DNA of 60,928 nucleotides, from positions 107,983-168,910 of the forward strand of contig JBHPMC010000001.1 of NCBI GenBank assembly GCA_042562495.1, read 5' to 3'. Made by a program: the position numbers and the translations under genes. Position 1 is the stretch's first letter, and every line of letters starts with the position of its first letter. Source of the stretch: Candidatus Margulisiibacteriota bacterium (GTDB taxonomy: Bacteria; Margulisbacteria; Termititenacia; CAZZFK01). Of this stretch, positions 48,047 to 56,735 are shown in pieces. The notes below the pieces were generated by a model. That model made no database searches. It saw nothing but the letters and a program-made list of their open reading frames with translations, and was not told where the DNA came from.

Positions 48047-48376
48047 TTAATAGTCGGGAAAAACGCCCTTTCTGCGCATTTTTTTCTTTTCGGAGCGCAT
48101 TCTTTTTTCGCGAAGGACCTTTTCTTTAATTGCAGTTGATTTTTTAGTAGGAACTCTTTTTTTCTTTTTCTTGAATTTTTGTTTTAACTTTTCCTGTAAT
48201 TTAATGAGCGCACGTTTTTTATTCTGATATTGGTAGGAATATCTGGTCTCGGTCACAACAATACCTGTTGGCAGATGGGTAATGCGCACAGCGGTCTCGG
48301 TCTTGTTCTTACGCTGACCGCCAGGCCCTGAGCTTTTAAAAGCTTCGATCTCAAGGTCATTTTTTCTTATGAACAT
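48047..48376 (-). CDS. peptidyl-tRNA hydrolase, release-factor-like (ArfB-type); start revised to ATG 48376
   Basis: [24 protein letters not shown], basic C-terminal tail; GGGGAGG RBS. Confidence 0.85.
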   Translation of the reverse strand: MFIRKNDLEIEAFKSSGPGGQRKNKTETAVRITHLPTGIVVTETRYSYQYQNKKRALIKLQEKLKQKFKKKKKRVPTKKSTAIKEKVLREKRMRSEKKKMRRKGVFPDY

Positions 48377-48408
48377 AATAGATTTCCTCCCCTTGATTAT
48401 AATATATT

Positions 48409-48439
48409 CTGACATAAAGGTTAAAATCTGTTAAAATCT
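48409..48439 (+). promoter_or_regulatory. promoter of the MerR-DegV gene with a 10-bp tandem repeat
   Basis: CTGACA-17nt-TAAAAT (TGn); GTTAAAATCT twice at 48420-48439. Confidence 0.55.
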
Positions 48440-48476
48440 TTTTGCTTTTAAATTCATCTTAACGAGGCTTTAAATA

Positions 48477-49589
48477 GTGCGTACTGGCAAAAGATATATT
48501 AAAGTTCAAAACCGCCGCAAAGACCTATTCAAGATCAATCAAGTGGCAGAAATGTTAAATACAACATCGCGTACTATCCGTTATTACGAACAAATAGAGC
48601 TTTTACCCCCTGTAAAAAGAACAAAAGGGCGGATGAGGCTATACACGCATAGTGATGTGGAGTTGATTAAAGAGATCAAAGATCTGCAAGAAAAAGGATT
48701 GTCCTTGGAGGAGATCAAGGTTGAAATGAATAAATTTCAACAAACAATATTAATGAATCGTGATGCCAATAAAATAAAGATCGTAGTTGATAGTTCTGCA
48801 TCTTTGCCTTTCGATCTGGCCAGGCAAAATGGTATAGAGATAATCCCTATGCACATAAAATTAGGGCAAGAAGATCTGCTGGATGGCTTAGAGATCACTC
48901 CTGAACAATTAAAACAAAGAGTTGAGGAAGGCAGATTGGAGCCGATTTCAGCTCCGCCCACAGAAGAAGAATTTATTACAACTTACACGAGGCTTTATGA
49001 AGCTGGAGCGGAGAAGATCATTTCCATACATCTTTCAGAAAAGATCAGCGATACGGTGAAAATAGCCAGGAAAGCAGCTTCCTATATTAAAGATTTCGAA
49101 GTACAAGTGGTCGATGCCGGGACAATGGCCGGGGGAGCAGCACTTTTGGCTTTTGCTTCAGTAGCGAACGTTGCCAATAAAAAGGGATTAAAAGATATTC
49201 TCTCAGAACTTGAGGAAATGAAAAAGAAACGCTCCGAAGCAGTGGTCTTAAATACTGTTGAAAAAATACTTGGCCAGGAAAAGGAAAATGCTCTTTTAAA
49301 GATATTGACCGACTTTAAGCCTGTACTAGAAATGAGATCAGGGAAATTAAGCTTACGCACAAGGGTAAAAACTTTGGAAGAAGCAGAGGCGCAATTAGTT
49401 CTTTTTTGTCAGGAGCAAAAAGAGCTTTCGCATATCATTGTTCTAAATAGCAATATGCCTAAAGCAGCAGAAAGATTATTGGTCCACCTGGATAAAGCTT
49501 TTCCGGAAGCAAAAAGTGTAATATTTCCCTATAGTTCTGTGCTGGCTGCGAATTTATCCCAGGAATTGCTGGGAGTAGCCATATATTAG
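48477..49589 (+). CDS. MerR-family HTH fused to a DegV/FakB-like fatty-acid-binding domain
   Basis: FKINQVAEMLNTTSRTIRYYEQIELL...RLYT...GLSLEEIK (MerR), then IKIVVDSSASLP, ISIHLSEKISDT, VVDAG, KPVL (DegV). Confidence 0.85.
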   Translation: MRTGKRYIKVQNRRKDLFKINQVAEMLNTTSRTIRYYEQIELLPPVKRTKGRMRLYTHSDVELIKEIKDLQEKGLSLEEIKVEMNKFQQTILMNRDANKIKIVVDSSASLPFDLARQNGIEIIPMHIKLGQEDLLDGLEITPEQLKQRVEEGRLEPISAPPTEEEFITTYTRLYEAGAEKIISIHLSEKISDTVKIARKAASYIKDFEVQVVDAGTMAGGAALLAFASVANVANKKGLKDILSELEEMKKKRSEAVVLNTVEKILGQEKENALLKILTDFKPVLEMRSGKLSLRTRVKTLEEAEAQLVLFCQEQKELSHIIVLNSNMPKAAERLLVHLDKAFPEAKSVIFPYSSVLAANLSQELLGVAIY

Positions 49590-49612
49590 AATCATGTCTA
49601 TTTCCTGTTCCA

Positions 49613-49642
49613 TTGACAATGTTTTAGCCCCCTCCGTATAAT
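49613..49642 (+). promoter_or_regulatory. consensus sigma70 promoter of the yceD-rpmF-fab operon
   Basis: TTGACA-18nt-TATAAT. Confidence 0.8.
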
Positions 49643-49733
49643 AGGAGCCCTTTTTGTCGGGAAAGTCCGCTAAAAAGCCTATTTAGCTAGGTTTTAAGTG
49701 TGCATTTTGACAAAAGGAAGGAGATTTTGAACC

Positions 49734-50246
49734 TTGTTAATTGCAGATGTTTCGCAGCTGCTAGATCATGTAGGTGATACCCAGCAGATAGAAATACCCT
49801 ATGACCTACAACTCGCTGAGGATGATTACAAAATTATTTCACCAGTCGAGCTTAGCCTAAACTTGATCAGTACCGGGAAATCGATATTAGTTCAAGGTGT
49901 GGTGAAGGGGAATTTAGAAGCAACTTGTGGACGCTGTTTAAAATCTTTTCAACTCCCGTTCAATATAGATATTGAAGAGGAGTATAAACGCACAGAAGAT
50001 ATTATGTCGGTCACCGCAAAAGATAAAGAGCTTGGCGAAGATGATTTTATCTTTTCTATTGATAGTGAAGGCCGGATAGATCTAGGTGAGGCAGTGCGGC
50101 AGAACGTTGTTGTTAATCTGCCTTTAAAGTTTGTATGTAAAAAAGATTGCCAGGGTGTCATTAAGGCAACAAAGCCAAAGCAGAAAGAAATGGGGGAGGC
50201 AGATCCCCGCTTGGCTAAATTAAAAGAATTAAAAGAAAGGAAGTAG
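49734..50246 (+). CDS. yceD: DUF177/YceD 23S rRNA accumulation protein
   Basis: CGRCL, IDL...VRQ, CKKDCQG, DPRLAKLKEL; precedes rpmF. Confidence 0.92.
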   Translation: MLIADVSQLLDHVGDTQQIEIPYDLQLAEDDYKIISPVELSLNLISTGKSILVQGVVKGNLEATCGRCLKSFQLPFNIDIEEEYKRTEDIMSVTAKDKELGEDDFIFSIDSEGRIDLGEAVRQNVVVNLPLKFVCKKDCQGVIKATKPKQKEMGEADPRLAKLKELKERK

Positions 50247-50252
50247 TTATTT

Positions 50253-50495
50253 ATGGCAATGCCTAAAAAAAGAAGAAGTAACCGCAAAACAGGGAGTCAT
50301 CGTGCTGCCGCTTGGCGTATAACCCAATCGACCCAATCTAAGAAATGTCCCAACTGTGGGGTCGCGATGCTTTCGCATAAAGTATGCGGAAATTGTGGTC
50401 ATTACAAAGGAAGAAAGGTAATGGTTACTCGTTCAGAAAAACATGAAGCACGCAAAGTTCGTCGACGTAAAGAAAAAGAAAATCAGGGGCGCTAA
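50253..50495 (+). CDS. rpmF: 50S ribosomal protein L32 (zinc-ribbon type)
   Basis: [14 protein letters not shown]...[12 protein letters not shown]. Confidence 0.96.
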   Translation: MAMPKKRRSNRKTGSHRAAAWRITQSTQSKKCPNCGVAMLSHKVCGNCGHYKGRKVMVTRSEKHEARKVRRRKEKENQGR

Positions 50496-50548
50496 TGTTC
50501 CTGGAGACAGTAAGAGGTCAGCATAAAGATGCAGGAGGATATTAAAGA

Positions 50549-51556
50549 ATGAGGATCGCAGTAGATGCTTTAGGGGGCGATTACGCTCCTCACGAAATAG
50601 TTAAGGGCGCTGTGCAGGCGTGTAAGGAAATGCCAGATTGTCAGATCATTTTATCCGGCGATGAAGCAAAGATAAAAAAAGAGCTGGCCCAATACCCTGT
50701 GCAAAAAAATATCTCGATCGTGCATGCTCCGGAAAATATAAGTATGGAGGAGTCTCCGCTGCAAGCAGTACGTCAAAAAAAGGATGCTTCGATCAATGTT
50801 GGCTTGAAGCTGGTAAAAGAAAAAAAAGCAGATGGATTTATTTCAGCAGGGAATACAGGCGCGGTCATGGCCGCTGCCTTATTGACCTTAGGCAGAATAG
50901 GCGGTATCGAACGACCGGCGATTGCGACAGTGTTCCCAACCAAGAAAGATAATGCTGTAGTGTTGGATATTGGTGCGAATTCAGATTGCCGGCCCAATCA
51001 GCTGGTCCAATTTGCACAAATGGGTAGCTTGTATGCGCAAAAAGTTCTTGATAAAGCAGATCCCACAGTCGGTTTGTTGAGTATTGGCGAAGAAGATGAA
51101 AAGGGCAATGAATTAACAGTTGCAACGAATGCTTTGCTGAAAACTGCCCCGGTAAATTTTACAGGAAATATCGAAGGTAAAGATATCTTTGATGGAGTTG
51201 CCGATGTTGTTGTTTGCGATGGTTTTGTTGGGAACGTTGTTTTAAAGATGGCCGAAGGCATGATGGCTACAGTCTTGACCATCATGAAGAGCTTTGTAAA
51301 AAAGAATATTTTTGCTTTTATTGGAGCAATATTAATGTTGCCGGTCTTTAAGAAATTCAAAAAGAAATTTGATTATAATGAATATGGCGGAGCGCCGTTA
51401 TTGGGTGTCGACGGCATTTGTGTTATCACTCACGGGCGTGCCAAAGCTAAAGCAATAAAGAACGCGATCAGAGCGGTACGTGTCGCAGCGGAACATAATT
51501 TACTTGAAGCTATGCATAAAATGGAAATTGTTGGGGTAAAAAATGCCACACAGTAA
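50549..51556 (+). CDS. plsX: phosphate acyltransferase
   Basis: IAVDALGGDYAP, SAGNTGA, DVVVCDGFVGN, YGGAPLLG. Confidence 0.97.
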   Translation: MRIAVDALGGDYAPHEIVKGAVQACKEMPDCQIILSGDEAKIKKELAQYPVQKNISIVHAPENISMEESPLQAVRQKKDASINVGLKLVKEKKADGFISAGNTGAVMAAALLTLGRIGGIERPAIATVFPTKKDNAVVLDIGANSDCRPNQLVQFAQMGSLYAQKVLDKADPTVGLLSIGEEDEKGNELTVATNALLKTAPVNFTGNIEGKDIFDGVADVVVCDGFVGNVVLKMAEGMMATVLTIMKSFVKKNIFAFIGAILMLPVFKKFKKKFDYNEYGGAPLLGVDGICVITHGRAKAKAIKNAIRAVRVAAEHNLLEAMHKMEIVGVKNATQ

Positions 51557-52556
51557 AAAGCCTGCTTTGTTCTCTTCCGGTATCTTAGGTGTTGGTTCTG
51601 CTGTCCCGGAAAAAGTTATGACCAATACTGATTGGTCAAAGCTCGTCGATACAACAGATGAGTGGATCCGAACCAGGACCGGCATATTAGAGCGCAGAAT
51701 TGCAGAAGAAGATACTACTACCTGTGATCTGGCCACTGAAGCCGCTAAAAAAGCTTTAGCCAATGCCAAGATCAAAGCAAAAGATCTTGATATGATCGTA
51801 GTTGGAACAACTACTCCTGATTTCCCAGTATTTCCTTCCGCCGGCGCAGTTGTCCAACATAAATTGGGGATCTCCGAGATCCCAGCATTTGATGTATCTG
51901 CTGCGTGTACTGGTTTTATATATGCCATGTCCGTAGCGGATCAATTTGTTAAGACCGGAGCTTATAAAAGAGTTTTAGTGATCGGAGCAGATACTTTATC
52001 AAAATATGTGGACAAAACAGATAGAAATGTTTGTGTGCTTTTCGGTGACGGGGCAGGCGCGGTGGTTTTAGGTCCGGTAGAGGAAGGTTATGGGATCTTA
52101 AGTTCCTGCTTGAAGACCAGAGGTTCCGGACATGATCTATTAAAAATTGAGCATGGCGGATCAAAAAAACCTTTAACTGAAAAGAATATCAAAGATAAAA
52201 AGCACTATATTAAGATGAATGGGAAGGAAGTCTTCAAATTTGCTGTAAGTGTTATTGGAGAAGCTATTGAAGAGGCGTTAAAATTAGCTGATCTTAAGGC
52301 AGAAGATGTCGATTGGTTGATACCACACCAGGCCAATACCAGGATCATTGATGCTGCTAAAAAGCGACTGGGATTGTCGGAAGAAAAGGTCTATGTTAAC
52401 ATTTCGCGTTACGGAAACACTTCTGCAGCCTCAATTCCCTTAGCAATGGATGAATTGGCACAGGCGGGGAGATTGAAAAAAGGTGACATTATTGCCACCG
52501 TTGGATTTGGTGCTGGATTGACCTGGGGAGCAAATGTGATCCGCTGGTCAAAGTAA
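51543..52556 (+). CDS. fabH: 3-oxoacyl-ACP synthase III
   Basis: DVSAACTGF, HQAN, GNTSAASIP (C-H-N triad). Confidence 0.97.
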   Translation: MPHSKKPALFSSGILGVGSAVPEKVMTNTDWSKLVDTTDEWIRTRTGILERRIAEEDTTTCDLATEAAKKALANAKIKAKDLDMIVVGTTTPDFPVFPSAGAVVQHKLGISEIPAFDVSAACTGFIYAMSVADQFVKTGAYKRVLVIGADTLSKYVDKTDRNVCVLFGDGAGAVVLGPVEEGYGILSSCLKTRGSGHDLLKIEHGGSKKPLTEKNIKDKKHYIKMNGKEVFKFAVSVIGEAIEEALKLADLKAEDVDWLIPHQANTRIIDAAKKRLGLSEEKVYVNISRYGNTSAASIPLAMDELAQAGRLKKGDIIATVGFGAGLTWGANVIRWSK

Positions 52557-52636
52557 GGCTGTATATTATAAGTCGTAGTATGTGCTGGGGCTTACAATGT
52601 ATGACCGATGTTTAAAATAATTTAAGGAGGAAAACA

Positions 52637-53809
52637 ATGGCCGAGATTCAATATGGATTAACTGAAGAACAGATAGAGATCAGAAATATGGTCCGGGAAT
52701 TCGCTGAGGAAAGAGTAAGGCCAGTCCGGGCTGAGCTAGATGAAAAAGAAGAATTTCCAACGGAAATACTTAAAGAATTAGGGAAGATGGACCTGATGGG
52801 TCTCTATATTCCTGAGGAATATGGCGGTTTTGGCGGTCACTCAATAGATTATTGTTTGGCTATCGAAGAATTGAGTCGAGCCTGTATCGGAGTTTCGGTA
52901 TCCTATGCAGCCAATGCCCTGGGAAGCTATGCGATCTTATTTGCCGGCACGGAAGAGCAGAAGAAAAAATATATGACACCTTTGGCAAGTGGTGAGAAAT
53001 TAGCTGCTTTTGGGCTTACTGAGGCTAATGCTGGCAGTGACGCTGGGGGGATCCAGACGACAGCAGTATTAAAAGGAGATAAATATATCCTCAATGGCAC
53101 CAAGCAATGGATCACCAACGGTGGCGAGGCCGATATTTACACGATCGTTGCTATGACCGACAAGAAAAAAGGTTCGCGCGGAGCATCGGCTATTATTGTA
53201 GAAAAAGGCATGAAAGGTTTTAGCTTTGGGAAAAAAGAAGATAAATTAGGTATCCGGGCTTCAGCAACCAGAGAATTAGTATTTGAAGATTGTGAAGTGC
53301 CTAAAGAAAATTTGTTGGGTAAAGAAGGCCAAGGATTTATTTTAGCAATGAAGACCCTGGATCAATCTCGCCCTGGTATTGGTGCACAAGGAGTTGGTTT
53401 AGCACAGGGGGCTTTGGACGAAGCCGTTACTTATGCTCGCCAGAGAGTTCAATTCGGCAAACCAATCATGGCGCAGCAAGCCGTACAACATATATTGGCC
53501 AATATGGCTACCAAGACAGAAGCTTCCAGAGCTTTGGTGTATGCGGCCTGTCGCACCATAGATGCAAAAGAAAAAAATGTTTCCAAGATATCGGCGATGT
53601 CAAAGCTTTTCGCAACAGATACAGCAATGGAAGTGGCCATTGATGCAGTGCAGATCCTAGGCGGATATGGCTATATGAGAGAATATCCGGTCGAGAAAAT
53701 GATGCGTGATGCCAAGATCTTGCAGATCTATGAAGGTACCAATCAGATCCAGCGTAATGTTATTGGCGCAGCGCTGATGAAAGAATATGCAGGCAAAACG
53801 AAAAAGTAA
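52637..53809 (+). CDS. acyl-CoA dehydrogenase (Bcd/CarC-like)
   Basis: AFGLTEANAGSDA, GTKQWITNG, KLGIRASAT, QILGGYGY, IYEGTNQIQR (catalytic Glu). Confidence 0.95.
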   Translation: MAEIQYGLTEEQIEIRNMVREFAEERVRPVRAELDEKEEFPTEILKELGKMDLMGLYIPEEYGGFGGHSIDYCLAIEELSRACIGVSVSYAANALGSYAILFAGTEEQKKKYMTPLASGEKLAAFGLTEANAGSDAGGIQTTAVLKGDKYILNGTKQWITNGGEADIYTIVAMTDKKKGSRGASAIIVEKGMKGFSFGKKEDKLGIRASATRELVFEDCEVPKENLLGKEGQGFILAMKTLDQSRPGIGAQGVGLAQGALDEAVTYARQRVQFGKPIMAQQAVQHILANMATKTEASRALVYAACRTIDAKEKNVSKISAMSKLFATDTAMEVAIDAVQILGGYGYMREYPVEKMMRDAKILQIYEGTNQIQRNVIGAALMKEYAGKTKK

Positions 53810-53821
53810 GGAGTCAGTTCA

Positions 53822-54607
53822 GTGCATGTCGTTGTTTGTATAAAGCAAGTTCCAGATACTAACGAGGTAAAGATAAATCCCGAGACAAATACACTTATTC
53901 GGGAAGGCGTGGCCAGCATTATCAATCCTTTTGATGAAAATGCTATTGAAGCTGCTTTGGTATTAAAAGATAAAAAGGGTGCAAAAGTAACAGTGGTCAG
54001 CATGGGTCCTCCTCAAGTGGAAACAGCACTTAAGGAATCTTTGGCCCGTGGCGTTGATGATGTGGTTTTGTTGAGCGATAGGGCTTTTGCCGGAGCGGAT
54101 ACTTTAGCTACATCGTATACATTGACCGAAGGTATTAAGACCTTGGAAAAAGCCGATCTGATCCTTTTTGGTAAACAAGCGATCGATGGAGATACCGCCC
54201 AAGTAGGTCCTGGAGTCGCCGAATTAATGGACCTGCCCTTGATAACATATGTCCGCAAGCTGGAAGTTGAAGGCGAAAAAGTAAAAGTAGAAAGAGTTTT
54301 TGAAGATGGCTATGAAAAGATGGAAGCGCCAACACCGTGTGTTCTTACTATTTTAAAAGAAATGAATACACCTCGTATGGCTTCCTTAAAAGGAAAAATG
54401 AAGGCTAAAAAAGCTCAGATAAAAGTTTTAAATGCAGAAGCGATAAAGGCAGATCCCGAGCAGATAGGTTTAAAAGGATCGCCGACTCAAGTAGTTAAGA
54501 TCTTTACTCCGCCTAAAAAGACAAGCGGTCTGAAGATCGATGGTACAGCACCTTTGGATGCTGCTAAAACAGTAGTTGCGAAACTTAAAGAACAGAAAAT
54601 AGTTTAG
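53822..54607 (+). CDS. etfB: electron transfer flavoprotein beta subunit (bifurcating-type)
   Basis: VCIKQVPDT, FAGADTLAT, GKQAIDGDTAQVGP, GSPTQV. Confidence 0.95.
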   Translation: MHVVVCIKQVPDTNEVKINPETNTLIREGVASIINPFDENAIEAALVLKDKKGAKVTVVSMGPPQVETALKESLARGVDDVVLLSDRAFAGADTLATSYTLTEGIKTLEKADLILFGKQAIDGDTAQVGPGVAELMDLPLITYVRKLEVEGEKVKVERVFEDGYEKMEAPTPCVLTILKEMNTPRMASLKGKMKAKKAQIKVLNAEAIKADPEQIGLKGSPTQVVKIFTPPKKTSGLKIDGTAPLDAAKTVVAKLKEQKIV

Positions 54608-54620
54608 GGAGTATAAAGGA

Positions 54621-55838
54621 ATGGACTTAGAGATATTTCAAGATAAATGTACCGGTTGCGGATTATGTATCCCGGCCTGTCCCTTTGGAGCTTTAACCTT
54701 AGAACTTAGGGACCAATTAAAGCTTCCTGAAAGCAAATTCAAGAAGATAGCCGTGGTCAATGAGGCCTGTACGCTTTGCGGAGCTTGTGTGCCCGTTTGT
54801 AAGTTCGATGCGATGAAATTAGAAAAGGAAGAAAAAAAAGCAGCAGTAAACCTAAAAGATTATAAAGGTATCTGGGTATTTGCCGAGCAAAGAGAGGGAG
54901 AGATACAGGATGTGGTTTTTGAGCTTTTATCAAAGGGCAGGGAATTGGCCGATAAATTAAAAGAAGAGCTTTGTGCCGTTTTGCTGGGTGATAAGATCAA
55001 AGATAAAGCTAAAATTTTGTTCGCCTATGGTGCTGATAAGGTATATCTGGTTGAAGATCCTGGTCTTGCAGAATACAACACAGATCCTTATACAGATGTT
55101 TTATCCGATCTGATCAATAAACATAAGCCAGAGATAGTTCTAACAGGAGCTACCAGTATCGGGCGTGCTCTTATTCCAAGAGTAGCCGTTCGAGTAAAGA
55201 CAGGCTTGACCGCGGATTGTACCGGCTTGGATATTGATAATAAAGAAAAGATCATACTACAGACACGTCCGGCATTTGGTGGGAATATTATGGCCACTAT
55301 TGTTTGTCCAAACCATCGTCCGCAAATGTCTACTGTGCGACATAAGGTTTTCAAAAAAGTTATACCAGATGATTCACGAACGGGGCAGATCATTGAAGAA
55401 AAGGCGAGCATTAAACATTCCCGAGCAAAGATAATCGAAGTTTTACACGAAATGAAGAATCAAGTTAATTTAGCTGAAGCGGAGATCATTGTTTCCGGTG
55501 GTCGTGGTTTGGGCGGGCCGGAGAATTTTAAACTTATCGAAGAATTGGCCACTGAGCTGGGAGGCGCAGTAGGCGCTTCTCGTTCGGCAGTAGATGCCGG
55601 CTGGATCCCGGCCTACCACCAAGTTGGACAAACAGGGAAGACAGTTTGTCCAAAGTTATATATAGCTTGTGGGATCTCAGGTGCGATCCAACATTTAGCC
55701 GGAATGAGCTCTTCAGATACTATAGTAGCTATTAATAAAGATTCGGATGCTCCTATATTTAATGTTGCTGATTATGGAATAGTAGGGGATCTTTTTGAAG
55801 TTGTACCAGCGATGGTTAAGTCTTTAAAGGAAGGTTAA
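54621..55838 (+). CDS. etfA: electron transfer flavoprotein alpha subunit with N-terminal 2x[4Fe-4S] domain (CarE/LctC-like)
   Basis: [12 protein letters not shown] and [11 protein letters not shown]; [31 protein letters not shown]. Confidence 0.95.
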   Translation: MDLEIFQDKCTGCGLCIPACPFGALTLELRDQLKLPESKFKKIAVVNEACTLCGACVPVCKFDAMKLEKEEKKAAVNLKDYKGIWVFAEQREGEIQDVVFELLSKGRELADKLKEELCAVLLGDKIKDKAKILFAYGADKVYLVEDPGLAEYNTDPYTDVLSDLINKHKPEIVLTGATSIGRALIPRVAVRVKTGLTADCTGLDIDNKEKIILQTRPAFGGNIMATIVCPNHRPQMSTVRHKVFKKVIPDDSRTGQIIEEKASIKHSRAKIIEVLHEMKNQVNLAEAEIIVSGGRGLGGPENFKLIEELATELGGAVGASRSAVDAGWIPAYHQVGQTGKTVCPKLYIACGISGAIQHLAGMSSSDTIVAINKDSDAPIFNVADYGIVGDLFEVVPAMVKSLKEG

Positions 55839-55839
55839 G

Positions 55840-56718
55840 ATGTCAAAGCAGGCTTATGTTTTCCCTGGGCAGGGATCGCAGACAGTAGGAATGGGGAAAG
55901 AGCTGGTCGAGAAATCAACTTTAGCAAAAGAAATTTTTCAGCAAGCAAATGATGTTCTGGGTTTTGATCTTACGAAATTATGTTTTGAAGGCCCCGAAGC
56001 CGATCTAAAACAAACAGCTAATACTCAGCCTGCTATTCTTACAACCAGTATCGCTCAATGGAAAATATTGGAATCAGAAAATAAACTTCCAGATATTGTC
56101 GCCGGGCATAGCCTTGGTGAATATTCAGCCTTGGTAGCAGCTGGTGCGCTTTCTTTTGAAGATGCAGTGAAATTAGTTAATCTCAGAGGTAAATTAATGG
56201 AGGCAGCCGTTCCTCAAGGCAAGGGGACCATGGCTGCGATCTTGGGGCTAAAGCGGGAACAGATTGAGGAAGAATTAAAAAAGATTAGCGGCATTGCAGA
56301 GATAGCTAATATCAATTGTCCTGGCCAGATCGTGATCTCTGGCGAGACTTTCGCAGTTAAAGAGGCTTGTGATAAGTTATCAAAAGCTGGGGCCAAACGT
56401 GCGGTCTTATTGCCGGTCAGCGGCCCTTTTCATTCTTCAATGATGGCGCCGGCCGGAGAAAAATTAAAAGCAGAAATAGAAAAACTAGAGCTTAAAGTAC
56501 CGAAATTCAAATTCATTGCCAATGTTACTGCAGATTATGCTGAAGATCCCGTGCAGATCAAAGATCTATTAGTAAAACAAGTAAGCTCATCAGTTCTTTG
56601 GCAGCCTTCAATTGAACGTATGATCGATGATGGAGTAACTGAATTTACTGAAGTGGGCCCAGGGAAAGTACTATCCGGGCTGATCAAAAAGATACAAAGA
56701 GAAAAAGTAAAAGCATAA
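55840..56718 (+). CDS. fabD: malonyl-CoA:ACP transacylase
   Basis: FPGQGSQ, GHSLGEY, SGPFHS; starts 1 nt after the etfA stop. Confidence 0.97.
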   Translation: MSKQAYVFPGQGSQTVGMGKELVEKSTLAKEIFQQANDVLGFDLTKLCFEGPEADLKQTANTQPAILTTSIAQWKILESENKLPDIVAGHSLGEYSALVAAGALSFEDAVKLVNLRGKLMEAAVPQGKGTMAAILGLKREQIEEELKKISGIAEIANINCPGQIVISGETFAVKEACDKLSKAGAKRAVLLPVSGPFHSSMMAPAGEKLKAEIEKLELKVPKFKFIANVTADYAEDPVQIKDLLVKQVSSSVLWQPSIERMIDDGVTEFTEVGPGKVLSGLIKKIQREKVKA

Positions 56719-56735
56719 ATTTAAGGAGGAGTTTT

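Noticed and set aside
52560-52620. Weak hairpin between fabH and the acyl-CoA dehydrogenase gene
   Set aside because: Short, mismatch-rich stem with no U-tail; not supportable as a terminator or riboswitch.
52637-55838. Reading acd-etfBA as an ordinary beta-oxidation or butyrate-fermentation cluster
   Set aside because: No thiolase, crotonase, hydroxyacyl-CoA dehydrogenase or CoA transferase nearby, and it is tightly coupled to fabD. Not excluded genome-wide.
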